Assembly (NCBI GenBank): GCA_019311105.1
Contig: JAFDDA010000001.1
Span: 325-64,324, forward strand
Direction of reading: 5' to 3'
Origin: Deltaproteobacteria bacterium
GTDB lineage: Bacteria > Myxococcota_A > UBA9160 > JAFDDA01
DNA: 64,000 nucleotides
A model generated the notes under the pieces. It was not told the origin of the DNA and made no database searches. It worked only from the letters and a program-made list of their open reading frames with translations. Of the stretch, positions 21,500-29,705 are shown piece after piece; the first letter of the stretch is position 1; each line of letters begins with the position of its first letter. Made by a program: the position numbers and the translations under genes.

Positions 21500-21589
21500 C
21501 GCGGACCGGAGGGGCCCTGTGCTCCGGGGACGTTCATCGCGGACCGGAGGCTGTCATCAAGGGGTCTGCACGGGACAGGAGGCTGTCAT
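21496..21589 (-). promoter_or_regulatory. chain of three overlapping mini-ORFs in the MFS leader, built from tandem repeats
   Basis: Minus strand: MTASCPVQTP* (21589-21557), MTASGPR* (21557-21534) and MNVPGAQGPSGPR* (21537-21496). Each stop overlaps the next ATG (TGATG, ATGA, ATGA), and the last overlaps MFS ATG 21499. The repeat units are 21485-21512/21523-21550 (28 nt, 1 mismatch) and 21546-21558/21578-21590. Confidence 0.45.
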
Positions 21590-21647
21590 CGGGTGTCCTG
21601 CACGCGGGGGGCCGCAGCGTAACACGGCGGGTTCCGGGTGCGGCCCG

Positions 21648-21653
21648 TATAAT
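21648..21653 (+). promoter_or_regulatory. perfect TATAAT -10 box, candidate leaderless promoter
   Basis: TATAAT ends 6 nt before ATG 21660. No SD and no clear -35. Confidence 0.35.
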
Positions 21654-21659
21654 CGCGCG

Positions 21660-22655
21660 ATGGAGATACACGGCTTGGGATCACACGGCTCGGGCTCACC
21701 CGACTCCGGCCTCGTCGAGATCGCCCGAGAGTTCCTGGTGGCCTATCGCCGCACGCGAGAGGTCGCCGCGCTGCACCGAGCGGGCGAGCTCTCGTTCGAG
21801 GACGTGCGCGGTTGGGTCGGCGACGACGAGTCGAGCGCGCTCTACCGCCTGAAGGAGCTGTGCCACGGGCAGTTCCGTGGTGACGATCTGCCCGATGGCC
21901 GCATGGAGCGCGACGCTCTGTTCGACCTCACCGTGGGGGCGCTCTTCCACGAAGCGATGCGCTTTCGCGAAAATCTTTATCAGCGCGAGGTCTATGGCCC
22001 CCGGGTCCGAAAGCTCCAAGGCCGCTCCCAAGAAGAGGCCAACCTGATTCGCGAGTTCGAGAAGATCGTCGCCGGGGCGGCGGTGCGGCTCGACGAGGCG
22101 ATGCAGGAAACCGAGGCGCTGCTGGAGCAAACCCGTCTCCAGTTCCGGAGCCTGCTCCTGGCGCAGCCCGACCACGGGCTCGTGACCCGCTTCCTGATCG
22201 AAAACGCGGGCTACGTCGTGCTCGTCTTCGAAGGCGGGGTCGACCGGATCCTCGAGGACGTGCACGGCGATGCGGCCACGGGCTACTGGGTGGCGGCGCG
22301 GTCCTACCTCGACAGCGGCCACTTCGAGGAGGCGTCCCGCCTGCTGACCGAGGCGCGCCGCCGCGGCGGCGAGCGCGCGGATTGGGTCCGGCTCGGAGAC
22401 TATGCGAACGCGATGGAGGCCTATCTACGCGGCGACTACCGCAAGGCCATGGATGCGCTCGCCGCATGGATCGCGCACGACCCGGCCGCCGATGAATCGG
22501 GCTACGCGGCCCTGGCCCTCGACGCCGTCTCGCATGTTGGGAAGCTCACGGAAGGCGAAGAAGGGAAGGAGGTCGCGGCCGACGCCGAGCGCATCGCCGA
22601 ACAGCTTCAGACCCTCACGGAACGCTTCGGCACCAGCGCTCCGGTTGCTGGCTGA
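21660..22655 (+). CDS. hypothetical protein (helical, TPR-like C-terminus)
   Basis: Coding-like codon usage from ATG 21660 onward; the upstream in-frame part of the track ORF is non-coding-like. Confidence 0.6.
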   Translation: MEIHGLGSHGSGSPDSGLVEIAREFLVAYRRTREVAALHRAGELSFEDVRGWVGDDESSALYRLKELCHGQFRGDDLPDGRMERDALFDLTVGALFHEAMRFRENLYQREVYGPRVRKLQGRSQEEANLIREFEKIVAGAAVRLDEAMQETEALLEQTRLQFRSLLLAQPDHGLVTRFLIENAGYVVLVFEGGVDRILEDVHGDAATGYWVAARSYLDSGHFEEASRLLTEARRRGGERADWVRLGDYANAMEAYLRGDYRKAMDALAAWIAHDPAADESGYAALALDAVSHVGKLTEGEEGKEVAADAERIAEQLQTLTERFGTSAPVAG

Positions 22656-22679
22656 GGAGAGCCCTCGACGCTGAGCGGG

Positions 22680-23324
22680 TCAGCCTTCGTCGCCGCTGTC
22701 GGGCTTGCCGGGGCTCGTGAGGACGCCGTGCCCCATCAGGTCGAGCAGCTCCTGGCGACGCCAGTTCACCACCTTGCTCGTGAAGATGTCGTCGACGCCG
22801 AGCACCGCGGCGGCGAAGCCTTCCGCCGCGTAGTGGAAGAAGACCGTCCCCATGAGGCTCATGAAGAACTGTCGTGCCGAGAGGCGCCGGAACTCGCCCG
22901 CGTCCACGCCCGCGCGATAGAACACCAGGATCGAGCCGATCAGCTCCTGGATCAACGGCTGCGCCGCAACGAAGTCAAAGGGCGAGCGGTCGACGAAGAT
23001 GCGGAACAGCATCTTCGAATAGTTGGGTCGTTCGGCCAGCAGGTCGTTCAGGGCGCCGAGCAGGGCCTCGAAGCGCTCTTCGTGCGAGCCCTCGGTCGCG
23101 ATGCCGCGGTTCACGGTGTCGCGCAGCATCTCCAGCATGTGGTGGAGCACCGCGTTGTAGAGGCCCGACTTGCTCGGGAAGTAGTAGTAGAGCGCCGTCT
23201 TCTGGACGCCGACCTGCTCTGCGATGGCCTGCAGGTGAGCGCCGGAATATCCGTAGGTGGCGAACTCGCGCTCGGCGACCTCGAGGACCTTGTTGCGGGT
23301 GTCGACACTTCGGTTGCGACTCAA
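22680..23324 (-). CDS. TetR-family transcriptional regulator
   Basis: HTH RNKVLEVAEREFATYGYSGAHLQAIAEQVGVQKTALYYYFPSK. TTG start at 23324 overlaps the lgt TGA (TTGA), with AGAGGG 6 nt upstream. Confidence 0.85.
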   Translation of the reverse strand: MSRNRSVDTRNKVLEVAEREFATYGYSGAHLQAIAEQVGVQKTALYYYFPSKSGLYNAVLHHMLEMLRDTVNRGIATEGSHEERFEALLGALNDLLAERPNYSKMLFRIFVDRSPFDFVAAQPLIQELIGSILVFYRAGVDAGEFRRLSARQFFMSLMGTVFFHYAAEGFAAAVLGVDDIFTSKVVNWRRQELLDLMGHGVLTSPGKPDSGDEG

Positions 23325-24100
23325 GCTGCGCCCTCTTCGACCGGCTGTCCCAAGGTGGGCGGCGGCGAGTATGGATTTCTCCAATAGTGCACCCAGAGTG
23401 CCGCTCCGGATAAGATCAGAGTGCAGGCGATCACCTGAGGCTCCGTGAGGCCCAGGAAGACCGGGTCGTTGACGCGCAGGATCTCGATCGGGAAGCGCCC
23501 GATGCCGTTCCAGATCATGTACTCGGCCCACAGGTAGGGGCTCACCCGGCGACGCTTCCACATCACGAACGCACCGAGGAAGAGCCACGCCGACTCGTAC
23601 AGCATGGTCGGGTGCACGGCCTCGAGGGTGGGCGGCGCGCCTTGCGGGAAGGCGATGCCCCAGGGCAGGTCGGTGGCGACGCCGTAATCGTCGCCCACGA
23701 GGAAGCAGCCGATCCGGCCCATCCCCTGGCCCACCAGCATCACCACGGCGCTGCAATCGGTGAAGACCTTGAACGAGACGTGATGGACCCGGCAGGCGAG
23801 CGCGGCCATCAGGACGCCGCCGATCAACCCGCCATAGAAGGTGATGCCGTCGCGCGACAGGAGGAGCGGCCAGAAGTCGAGATCGTTCCGGATCGAGACG
23901 TCGGCGGCGAAATAGAGCTTCGAGCCCACGACGCCGCCGAACATCAGGTAGAGCAGGAAGACGCTCGCGAGCTCGCCGTCGATCCCTTCCTCCTGCATGC
24001 GGATCTGGCAGATCCAGGTGCCGACGAGGCAGGCCAGCGCCAGCATCACGCCGAACGAGCTGATCTGGAGTCCGAACTGATCGAAGACGATGGGGTACAT
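23321..24100 (-). CDS. lgt: prolipoprotein diacylglyceryl transferase
   Basis: FYGGLIGG, GRIGCFLVGDDYG, WGIAFP and HPTMLYES motifs. Confidence 0.9.
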   Translation of the reverse strand: MYPIVFDQFGLQISSFGVMLALACLVGTWICQIRMQEEGIDGELASVFLLYLMFGGVVGSKLYFAADVSIRNDLDFWPLLLSRDGITFYGGLIGGVLMAALACRVHHVSFKVFTDCSAVVMLVGQGMGRIGCFLVGDDYGVATDLPWGIAFPQGAPPTLEAVHPTMLYESAWLFLGAFVMWKRRRVSPYLWAEYMIWNGIGRFPIEILRVNDPVFLGLTEPQVIACTLILSGAALWVHYWRNPYSPPPTLGQPVEEGAA

Positions 24101-24152
24101 GCGGGGGGCAAGCTACCGCCCCGCGGTAGTGCGAACAACCATGCGGGAGGGG

Positions 24153-25622
24153 CTAGGAGCGGGGCAGGGTGAGGTGGAAGGCCGCGCCTTCGCCCGGGCG
24201 GCTCTCGACCCAGACACGCCCGCGCTGGCTCTGGGCGATCTTCTTGACGATCGCGAGGCCGATGCCCGTGCCGCGGCGGCCGTCGGCGCGCGGGCCGACG
24301 GTTTGGAACAACTCGAAGATCCGTTCGCGTTGCGAGGGCTCGATGCCGCGCCCGTTGTCGCGGACGACGATGCGATGCTCGTCCGGGTCTTCGTGGACGT
24401 CGATCGTGATCGTCGCGCCGTCCACCGGGCCCATGTAGTCGAGGGCGTTGCCGACCAGGTTCGAGAAGACTTGGTAGAGCCGCGTGCGGTCGCAGAGCAC
24501 CACGATGGGATCTTCGGGAAGGCAGAGCTGCACGGCCTGGGCTTCGAGGCGCGGTTTCATCTCGGCGTGAAGTTGATTCAGGACGTCCGAGAGGTTCACG
24601 TGGGCCTTGTGGTCGTGGGTGCCGCCGATGCGCGAGAGCTCGAGGAGGTCGTTGATCAAGGCCTCCATGGCGTGGCCAGCATTCTCGATGCGATCGAGGA
24701 AGTGCCGCGCCGTGTCGTCCATGCCCTCGGCATACTCCTGGTGGAGGAGGCGCGAGAAGCCGAGCAGCGAGACGAGCGGCGAGCGCAGATCGTGGGTGAC
24801 GTTCTGGACGTAGTGCTCGAGCTCGGAGTTCTTGCGGCGTAGATCTTCAGCGACGTTGCGTCGTGCGGTCTGGTCATGGAGCAGGATGACGCTGCCCTTG
24901 GCGCTGCCGTCCGCGATCCGCAGCGCGCTCGCTGCCACGGTGACGAAGCGCGGCGTGCCATCGGTGTGGCAGAACTCGATCTCGTGATCGTCGGGCAGGT
25001 CACCGAGGATCGCGGAAGCCAGCTCCCCGGTGCTCCCCGCAAGCATGGCCACCGGCTTGTCGATCAGCGTGGCCGCCGTGTGCCCGAGCAGGCCTTCGAT
25101 GGCGGGGTTCGCGTATTGGACGAAGCCGCGCGGGTCGACGGCGAGCACCGGGACGGGCGAACTCTCGAGGATGGCGGACAGGAACTCGGCGGTCTCGCGC
25201 AGCTCGCGGTCGCGCGTCGCGCGCTCCGAGAGCGGGCGCACGATGCCGACGAACAACGGCACGCCCGCATCGATGGAAGGGATGCGAACGCCGTCGACTT
25301 CGACCGGCACGCGCAGCCCGTCACAACCGAGCAGCTCGGCCGGTGCACCATGGACTTGCCCGTCGCGTGCGAAGCGGCGGCGAATCTCGTCGAGCTGTGC
25401 GACATCGGCGAAGTAGTCGTGGCCGGGGAGGCCGGCCTTCCAGCCCGTGCTTCCGTCGAGGTCGTCCTCGCCGCGTAAGCGCTCGAGTTCTTCGCTCATC
25501 CAGATCACACGCCCGTCGGCATCGGCCACAAACACGGCTTGGTGTAGCCGGGCGAGCCCCTCCAACACCGCGCTAGCGGGAAGATTCTGGAGAGCTGCGA
25601 GAAGTGTGGGTGAATCGGACAT
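24153..25622 (-). CDS. cytoplasmic PAS-PAS sensor histidine kinase
   Basis: H-box VTHDLRSPL, N-box GNALDY, and DNGRGI and GTGIGLAIV boxes. ATG 25622 (MSDSPTLLAALQ) is chosen over the track start 25658. Confidence 0.9.
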   Translation of the reverse strand: MSDSPTLLAALQNLPASAVLEGLARLHQAVFVADADGRVIWMSEELERLRGEDDLDGSTGWKAGLPGHDYFADVAQLDEIRRRFARDGQVHGAPAELLGCDGLRVPVEVDGVRIPSIDAGVPLFVGIVRPLSERATRDRELRETAEFLSAILESSPVPVLAVDPRGFVQYANPAIEGLLGHTAATLIDKPVAMLAGSTGELASAILGDLPDDHEIEFCHTDGTPRFVTVAASALRIADGSAKGSVILLHDQTARRNVAEDLRRKNSELEHYVQNVTHDLRSPLVSLLGFSRLLHQEYAEGMDDTARHFLDRIENAGHAMEALINDLLELSRIGGTHDHKAHVNLSDVLNQLHAEMKPRLEAQAVQLCLPEDPIVVLCDRTRLYQVFSNLVGNALDYMGPVDGATITIDVHEDPDEHRIVVRDNGRGIEPSQRERIFELFQTVGPRADGRRGTGIGLAIVKKIAQSQRGRVWVESRPGEGAAFHLTLPRS

Positions 25623-25647
25623 CTTCGGGGTGAGTCGGACATCTTCG
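25608..25647. repeat. 20-bp tandem duplication covering the kinase start codon
   Basis: GGGTGAATCGGACATCTTCG followed by GGGTGAGTCGGACATCTTCG (1 mismatch). Each copy carries CAT, which is ATG on the minus strand. Confidence 0.8.
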
Positions 25648-26071
25648 AACTGGCCCACATGCTATCAGAGCGCCGAATGCATGATGGGAGAGATCGCCAA
25701 TACGTGTTTGTTTTTTCACCGACGCTTCACCGGGTGGCGTCCGATGCGTGATTTCTCGGTGACACAGCCACGTTTCATCAAGAGAATCAGGCACGTTTCA
25801 GCCACGCGGCGCGGCGGGGATGAACGGGCGAACGAAGCGCCGTCGAATTTCGGTACGCGGGTTTTCCCTTGCTGCGGCAACGTGCCACGGTGTCGCCCGT
25901 TCGGGCCCTTCTCCCCGCTTGCGACGGCACCCCGAGCGCGGCTAGTTTGCAGCCGCTACGCACTCCGCGCGTAGCTTCGACGAGGCGAACTCCTTCCCCC
26001 GGGGGTCAATGTCACCCCCCCGGCCGTTCCTGCCACTCACGGTCACGAGCTTCGTCGCTCCAGGAGTTTCA

Positions 26072-26626
26072 ATGAGTCGCTGGTCGCTGGTCTTCGTAGC
26101 CTTCTGGGCAATGGCCCTGACGATGCGGGATGACAATCCTGCGCGGATGCCGCACGTCTCCGCGCCGCCCGCCGTCGCTGCGAACTCCTCCATGGACGGC
26201 GACGCCGTGGCCCGCATCGTCGGAAGCTGGAACCCGAGCCTGTCGAGCGTCGAACGTCAACGAATCGGCGCGGCGGTCATGGGTTGCGAGGAGAGCTACG
26301 AACTCGACCCCACCCTGGTGACCGCAATGATCTGGGTCGAGAGCCGCGCCCGGCCCTGGGCGCGCAGCCCCAAGGGCGCCATGGGCCTGATGCAGGTCAT
26401 GCCCTACATGGCAGAGCCTCTCGGTCTCGCGGGCAACTTCACGACCATCGAATCGAACGTCGAGGCCGGGTGCCGGATCCTTTCGGGCAACATCGAGCGC
26501 CTCGGTGAGGCCGATGGGGTCTCGGCCTACTTCTGGGGCTCCAACATTCGTGGGATCGGCTACTTGAACCGCGTCCGCGATGCGCGCGAACGCGTCCGCC
26601 GCGAGCTTCGCTCCGAAGGCGCGTAG
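26072..26626 (+). CDS. lytic transglycosylase (SLT domain) protein
   Basis: Signal-like N-terminus. [25 protein letters not shown] has the SLT catalytic E-S and GLMQ motifs. GGAG lies 5 nt before ATG 26072. Confidence 0.8.
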   Translation: MSRWSLVFVAFWAMALTMRDDNPARMPHVSAPPAVAANSSMDGDAVARIVGSWNPSLSSVERQRIGAAVMGCEESYELDPTLVTAMIWVESRARPWARSPKGAMGLMQVMPYMAEPLGLAGNFTTIESNVEAGCRILSGNIERLGEADGVSAYFWGSNIRGIGYLNRVRDARERVRRELRSEGA

Positions 26627-26712
26627 CTCCCCTCCAGGGGCGCGCCCACCAAAGCTCCAGCTCCAACACTCGCGCCTTGACGCCGTTCCGACCCCCCCGG
26701 TAGCCTCGCGCC

Positions 26713-27561
26713 GTGGAAACACCCCGAATCCAGCGCGGAGACGACCGACTCGACGGCTCCGGCGGCCTGCGCCTGCATCGCCGTTGGTGGCGACCGTCGG
26801 CGCCGCGGGCCGCGCTCTTGCTCGTCCACGGGTATGGCGAGCATTGCAGCCGCTACGACCACGTAGGCCACTGGTTCGCCGCACGCGGCTACTCCGTGCA
26901 TGCCTACGACCAGCGCGGGCACGGCAAGAGCGAAGGCCGCATCTGCCACGTCGACCGCTTCGACGAGTTCCTCGACGACCTCGCCCGCATGCTCGACGCC
27001 GTGCGCGAAGCCGAGCCCGGCCGCCCGGTCTTCCTCGTCGGCCACAGCATGGGTGGCTTGATCACGTGTGCCTTCCTCTGCGAGCGCCGCCCCGACGTGG
27101 CCGGTGCGATCGTCTCCGGCCCCGCGCTCGCGGTGCCCGATGCGTTCTCGCGCTGGCGCGTCTTCCTGGCGAGGTTGCTTCGCCGGGTCGCGCCGCGCCT
27201 GTCGCTGTCGAGTGGCCTCGACTCGAAGGGGATCTCGCGCGACCCCCAGGTCGTGCGCCTCTACGAAAACGACCCGCTCGTACACGGCACCATGACGACG
27301 TCCTTCGCCATGGAGCTGCTCGACGCCATGCGCCGCACCGGCGGGCGCGGCGCCGACGTTCGCGTCCCGATGCTGATGCTGCACGGCGCGGCCGACCCGC
27401 TGTGCCACGTCGACGGCAGCCGGGAGTTCGCAAAGGCCCTGACTTCTTCGGGCTCCGACCTGCGGATCTATCCCGAGTTGCTGCACGAAATCTTCAACGA
27501 GCCGGAGCAGGAGAGCGTCTTCGCCGACGCCCAGGCTTGGCTCGAGGAGCGACTCGCCTGA
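26713..27561 (+). CDS. alpha/beta hydrolase, lysophospholipase/monoacylglycerol lipase family
   Basis: [16 protein letters not shown] and HGAADP..C motifs. GTG start. Confidence 0.85.
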   Translation: METPRIQRGDDRLDGSGGLRLHRRWWRPSAPRAALLLVHGYGEHCSRYDHVGHWFAARGYSVHAYDQRGHGKSEGRICHVDRFDEFLDDLARMLDAVREAEPGRPVFLVGHSMGGLITCAFLCERRPDVAGAIVSGPALAVPDAFSRWRVFLARLLRRVAPRLSLSSGLDSKGISRDPQVVRLYENDPLVHGTMTTSFAMELLDAMRRTGGRGADVRVPMLMLHGAADPLCHVDGSREFAKALTSSGSDLRIYPELLHEIFNEPEQESVFADAQAWLEERLA

Positions 27562-28052
27562 TGAGCAAGCTCACCCATCTCGACGCCGAGGGGCGCGCCC
27601 GCATGGTGGACGTCGGAGGCAAGCCGGTGACCGAGCGCGAGTGTGTGGCTCGGGGCCAGGTGCGCATGGCAAGCGTTACCCTCGACGCCATCCGCGAGGG
27701 CAAGATCCTGAAGGGCGATGTCTTCGCGACGGCTCGGCTCGGAGCGATCCAGGCCGCCAAGCGTACCCACGAGTGGATTCCGCTGGCCCATCCGCTGCCG
27801 CTCGATCTCGTAGACGTCGAGCTCGTGCCCGACCCGGGGGCCGAGGGCGGGCCCTGCGTCCGGATCGAGGCCATCGCCCGGGCCACCGCGCGGACCGGTG
27901 TCGAGATGGAGGCCCTGGTCGCTGTAACCGCGGCGGGCCTCGTGGTCTACGACATGTGCAAGGCCATCGACCGGGGCATGACGATCGAGGCCGTCCGCCT
28001 GGTTCGGAAGCAAGGCGGCAAGTCCGGAGAGTGGGCCCGCCCCGGGGAGTGA
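27561..28052 (+). CDS. moaC: cyclic pyranopterin monophosphate synthase
   Basis: [21 protein letters not shown]...[11 protein letters not shown]...TGVEMEAL...VYDMCKA. The ATG overlaps the upstream TGA by 1 nt. Confidence 0.92.
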   Translation: MSKLTHLDAEGRARMVDVGGKPVTERECVARGQVRMASVTLDAIREGKILKGDVFATARLGAIQAAKRTHEWIPLAHPLPLDLVDVELVPDPGAEGGPCVRIEAIARATARTGVEMEALVAVTAAGLVVYDMCKAIDRGMTIEAVRLVRKQGGKSGEWARPGE

Positions 28053-28124
28053 ACCCTCGCCGGGGTGGGGAAAACCGTTGCCGGGGGAGTGAACCCCCAG
28101 CGAATATGCGGTGTCCGTAGGGAG

Positions 28125-28778
28125 ATGAGTACCTCGGTGGGTCACCAGATCGTGGAGCGAATTCCGTCCAGGCGCCCGGCTGTCGACTCGGCCGCGGACC
28201 CCGATGCCGAGCTGATCGCCCGCTGGCACGCGGGCGACCAGGCCGCGTTCGAGACGCTCGTTCGCAACTACCAAGACCGCGTGTATCGCCTGCTCTATCG
28301 GATGCTCGGCAGCGCGGCCGACGCCGAGGATGCCTCGCAAGAGACCTTCCTGAACCTGCATCGTCACGGGCATCGCTTCCGGGGCGACGCGCGCTTTTCC
28401 ACCTTCGTCTATCGCGTGGCGGCGAACACGGCGCTCAACCGCCGCCGCACGCTCGGCCGCACGCGTGCACGCATCGAGAAGTTGGCCGAGCGCCAGGCCA
28501 CCGGCCACGACCTGCCCGAGGCGCCGCCCGGGCCCGAACAGTCCACGCTTCGCAGAGAGCTCCAACGGCAGGTCCACGAGGCGCTCGCGACCCTGCCCGA
28601 CAAGCTGCGGCTGCCACTCGTGCTGTTCGACATCGAGGGTCTGCCCTACGCCGAAGTCTCCGATGTTCTCGGCCTCGCCGAGGGCACCGTGAAGTCCCGC
28701 ATCCATAGAGCCCGAAACGCGCTCCGCGACCGGCTGGCGCCGGAGTTGGAAGCGCTCGCGACAGAGAGCCCGTCATGA
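28125..28778 (+). CDS. ECF (sigma-70 family) RNA polymerase sigma factor
   Basis: Region 2 FETLVRNYQDRVYRLLYRMLGSAADAEDASQETFL and region 4 EGLPYAEVSDVLGLAEGTVKSRIHRAR. Start is uncertain: ATG 28125 or GTG 28065. Confidence 0.85.
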   Translation: MSTSVGHQIVERIPSRRPAVDSAADPDAELIARWHAGDQAAFETLVRNYQDRVYRLLYRMLGSAADAEDASQETFLNLHRHGHRFRGDARFSTFVYRVAANTALNRRRTLGRTRARIEKLAERQATGHDLPEAPPGPEQSTLRRELQRQVHEALATLPDKLRLPLVLFDIEGLPYAEVSDVLGLAEGTVKSRIHRARNALRDRLAPELEALATESPS

Positions 28779-28817
28779 ATCACCCGCTCGCGACAGAGAG
28801 CCCGTCATGAATCACCC
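28754..28817 (+). repeat. exact 32-bp tandem duplication of the sigma-stop/anti-sigma-start junction
   Basis: GCTCGCGACAGAGAGCCCGTCATGAATCACCC occurs twice, back to back. Confidence 0.9.
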
Positions 28818-29616
28818 GGAAGTCCGACGACGCATGGGAGAGTACCTGCAGGGCGATCTGCCCCTGGCACAGCGGGCGCTCTTCGATGCCCACCTCGATG
28901 GCTGCGAAGCCTGCGCCGCAGACCTGCACGCGCTGCGCGAAACGGTCCACCTCTTACGAGACCTCCCCAGCCCCGAGGTGCCGCCGCATCTGGCTGACCG
29001 GATCGTCGCCCGCATCGAAGACGGCGAGGGGCGAGCCCGTTGGTGGGATGGCCTGGCCGCCTTCTGGGATTGGATCGACCCGGCGCGCTACCTGCCGCCG
29101 TTGGCCGCCGCCTCGCTCACCTCGGCGGTCTTGATCGTGGGCGTGCGCGACTACGGATGGCAGATCCCGGGCACGCTGCCGCCGGCGAGTGTCGAGCAGG
29201 CGGACGGGTTCGTGGATTCCGGGCGCTTGGAAGAGGCGCCAGACCTCCGGATGCAGCCGCGTCTGCGGCCGCCCGGCCGAGCCGTGACCGCGTCGGACGC
29301 CGCCGAAGAGCCCGCGCGCCGGATGCGCGTCCTCGGGGCGGCCCCGGCGGCACAGCCCGCAGCAGCCCTCGAGTCCGCTGCGGCTCTCGAGCTCGTCGAG
29401 GAAGCCGACGTGATCGACGACCCCCACCTCTTCCTCGAGCGGTATCGCGCGCTTCAAGAAGAGCGCCGCGCCGCCTGGTTGGCCCAGATGGCCGAGCGGG
29501 CTGCGCGGGGCCGAAAGGTGGAGGCGGTGGCACGGCGCTTGAGGGAGGACGCGGGGCCCGAGGGCCGCGCGCTGGCGGAGCAGTTCGAAGCCGTCGCCTA
29601 CCCGGCGGGCCGCTAG
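28807..29616 (+). CDS. anti-sigma factor (zf-HC2, single TM)
   Basis: HLDGCEACAADLHAL zf-HC2 motif, a central TM (LPPLAAASLTSAVLIVGV), and a position directly after the ECF sigma gene. Confidence 0.8.
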   Translation: MNHPEVRRRMGEYLQGDLPLAQRALFDAHLDGCEACAADLHALRETVHLLRDLPSPEVPPHLADRIVARIEDGEGRARWWDGLAAFWDWIDPARYLPPLAAASLTSAVLIVGVRDYGWQIPGTLPPASVEQADGFVDSGRLEEAPDLRMQPRLRPPGRAVTASDAAEEPARRMRVLGAAPAAQPAAALESAAALELVEEADVIDDPHLFLERYRALQEERRAAWLAQMAERAARGRKVEAVARRLREDAGPEGRALAEQFEAVAYPAGR

Positions 29617-29705
29617 CACCCACCTGGGGCGATCGACCGCGAAGGTTCGCCATTCATCGGGCGCAATCTGCAGCCTTCGAGGAGCGTGATATTCTCCGGC
29701 CGCCC

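Noticed and set aside
21519-21659. GTG 21519 has a perfect GGAGG 6 nt upstream and is in frame with the hypothetical gene starting at 21660. It would give a Cys-rich 47-aa N-terminal extension.
   Set aside because: The extension is full of A/T-ending codons (GGA, CGT, TCA, TGT, CAT, CAA, GCT, CCT, TAT, AAT), unlike the rest of the gene. The GGAGG is part of the repeat belonging to the opposite-strand leader.
28754-28817. The tandem repeats here and at 51776-51852 as a degenerate CRISPR array or other dispersed repeat family.
   Set aside because: Each site has only 2-3 directly abutting units with no spacers. The units are unrelated between sites, there are no cas genes, and every unit is derived from the adjacent coding sequence.
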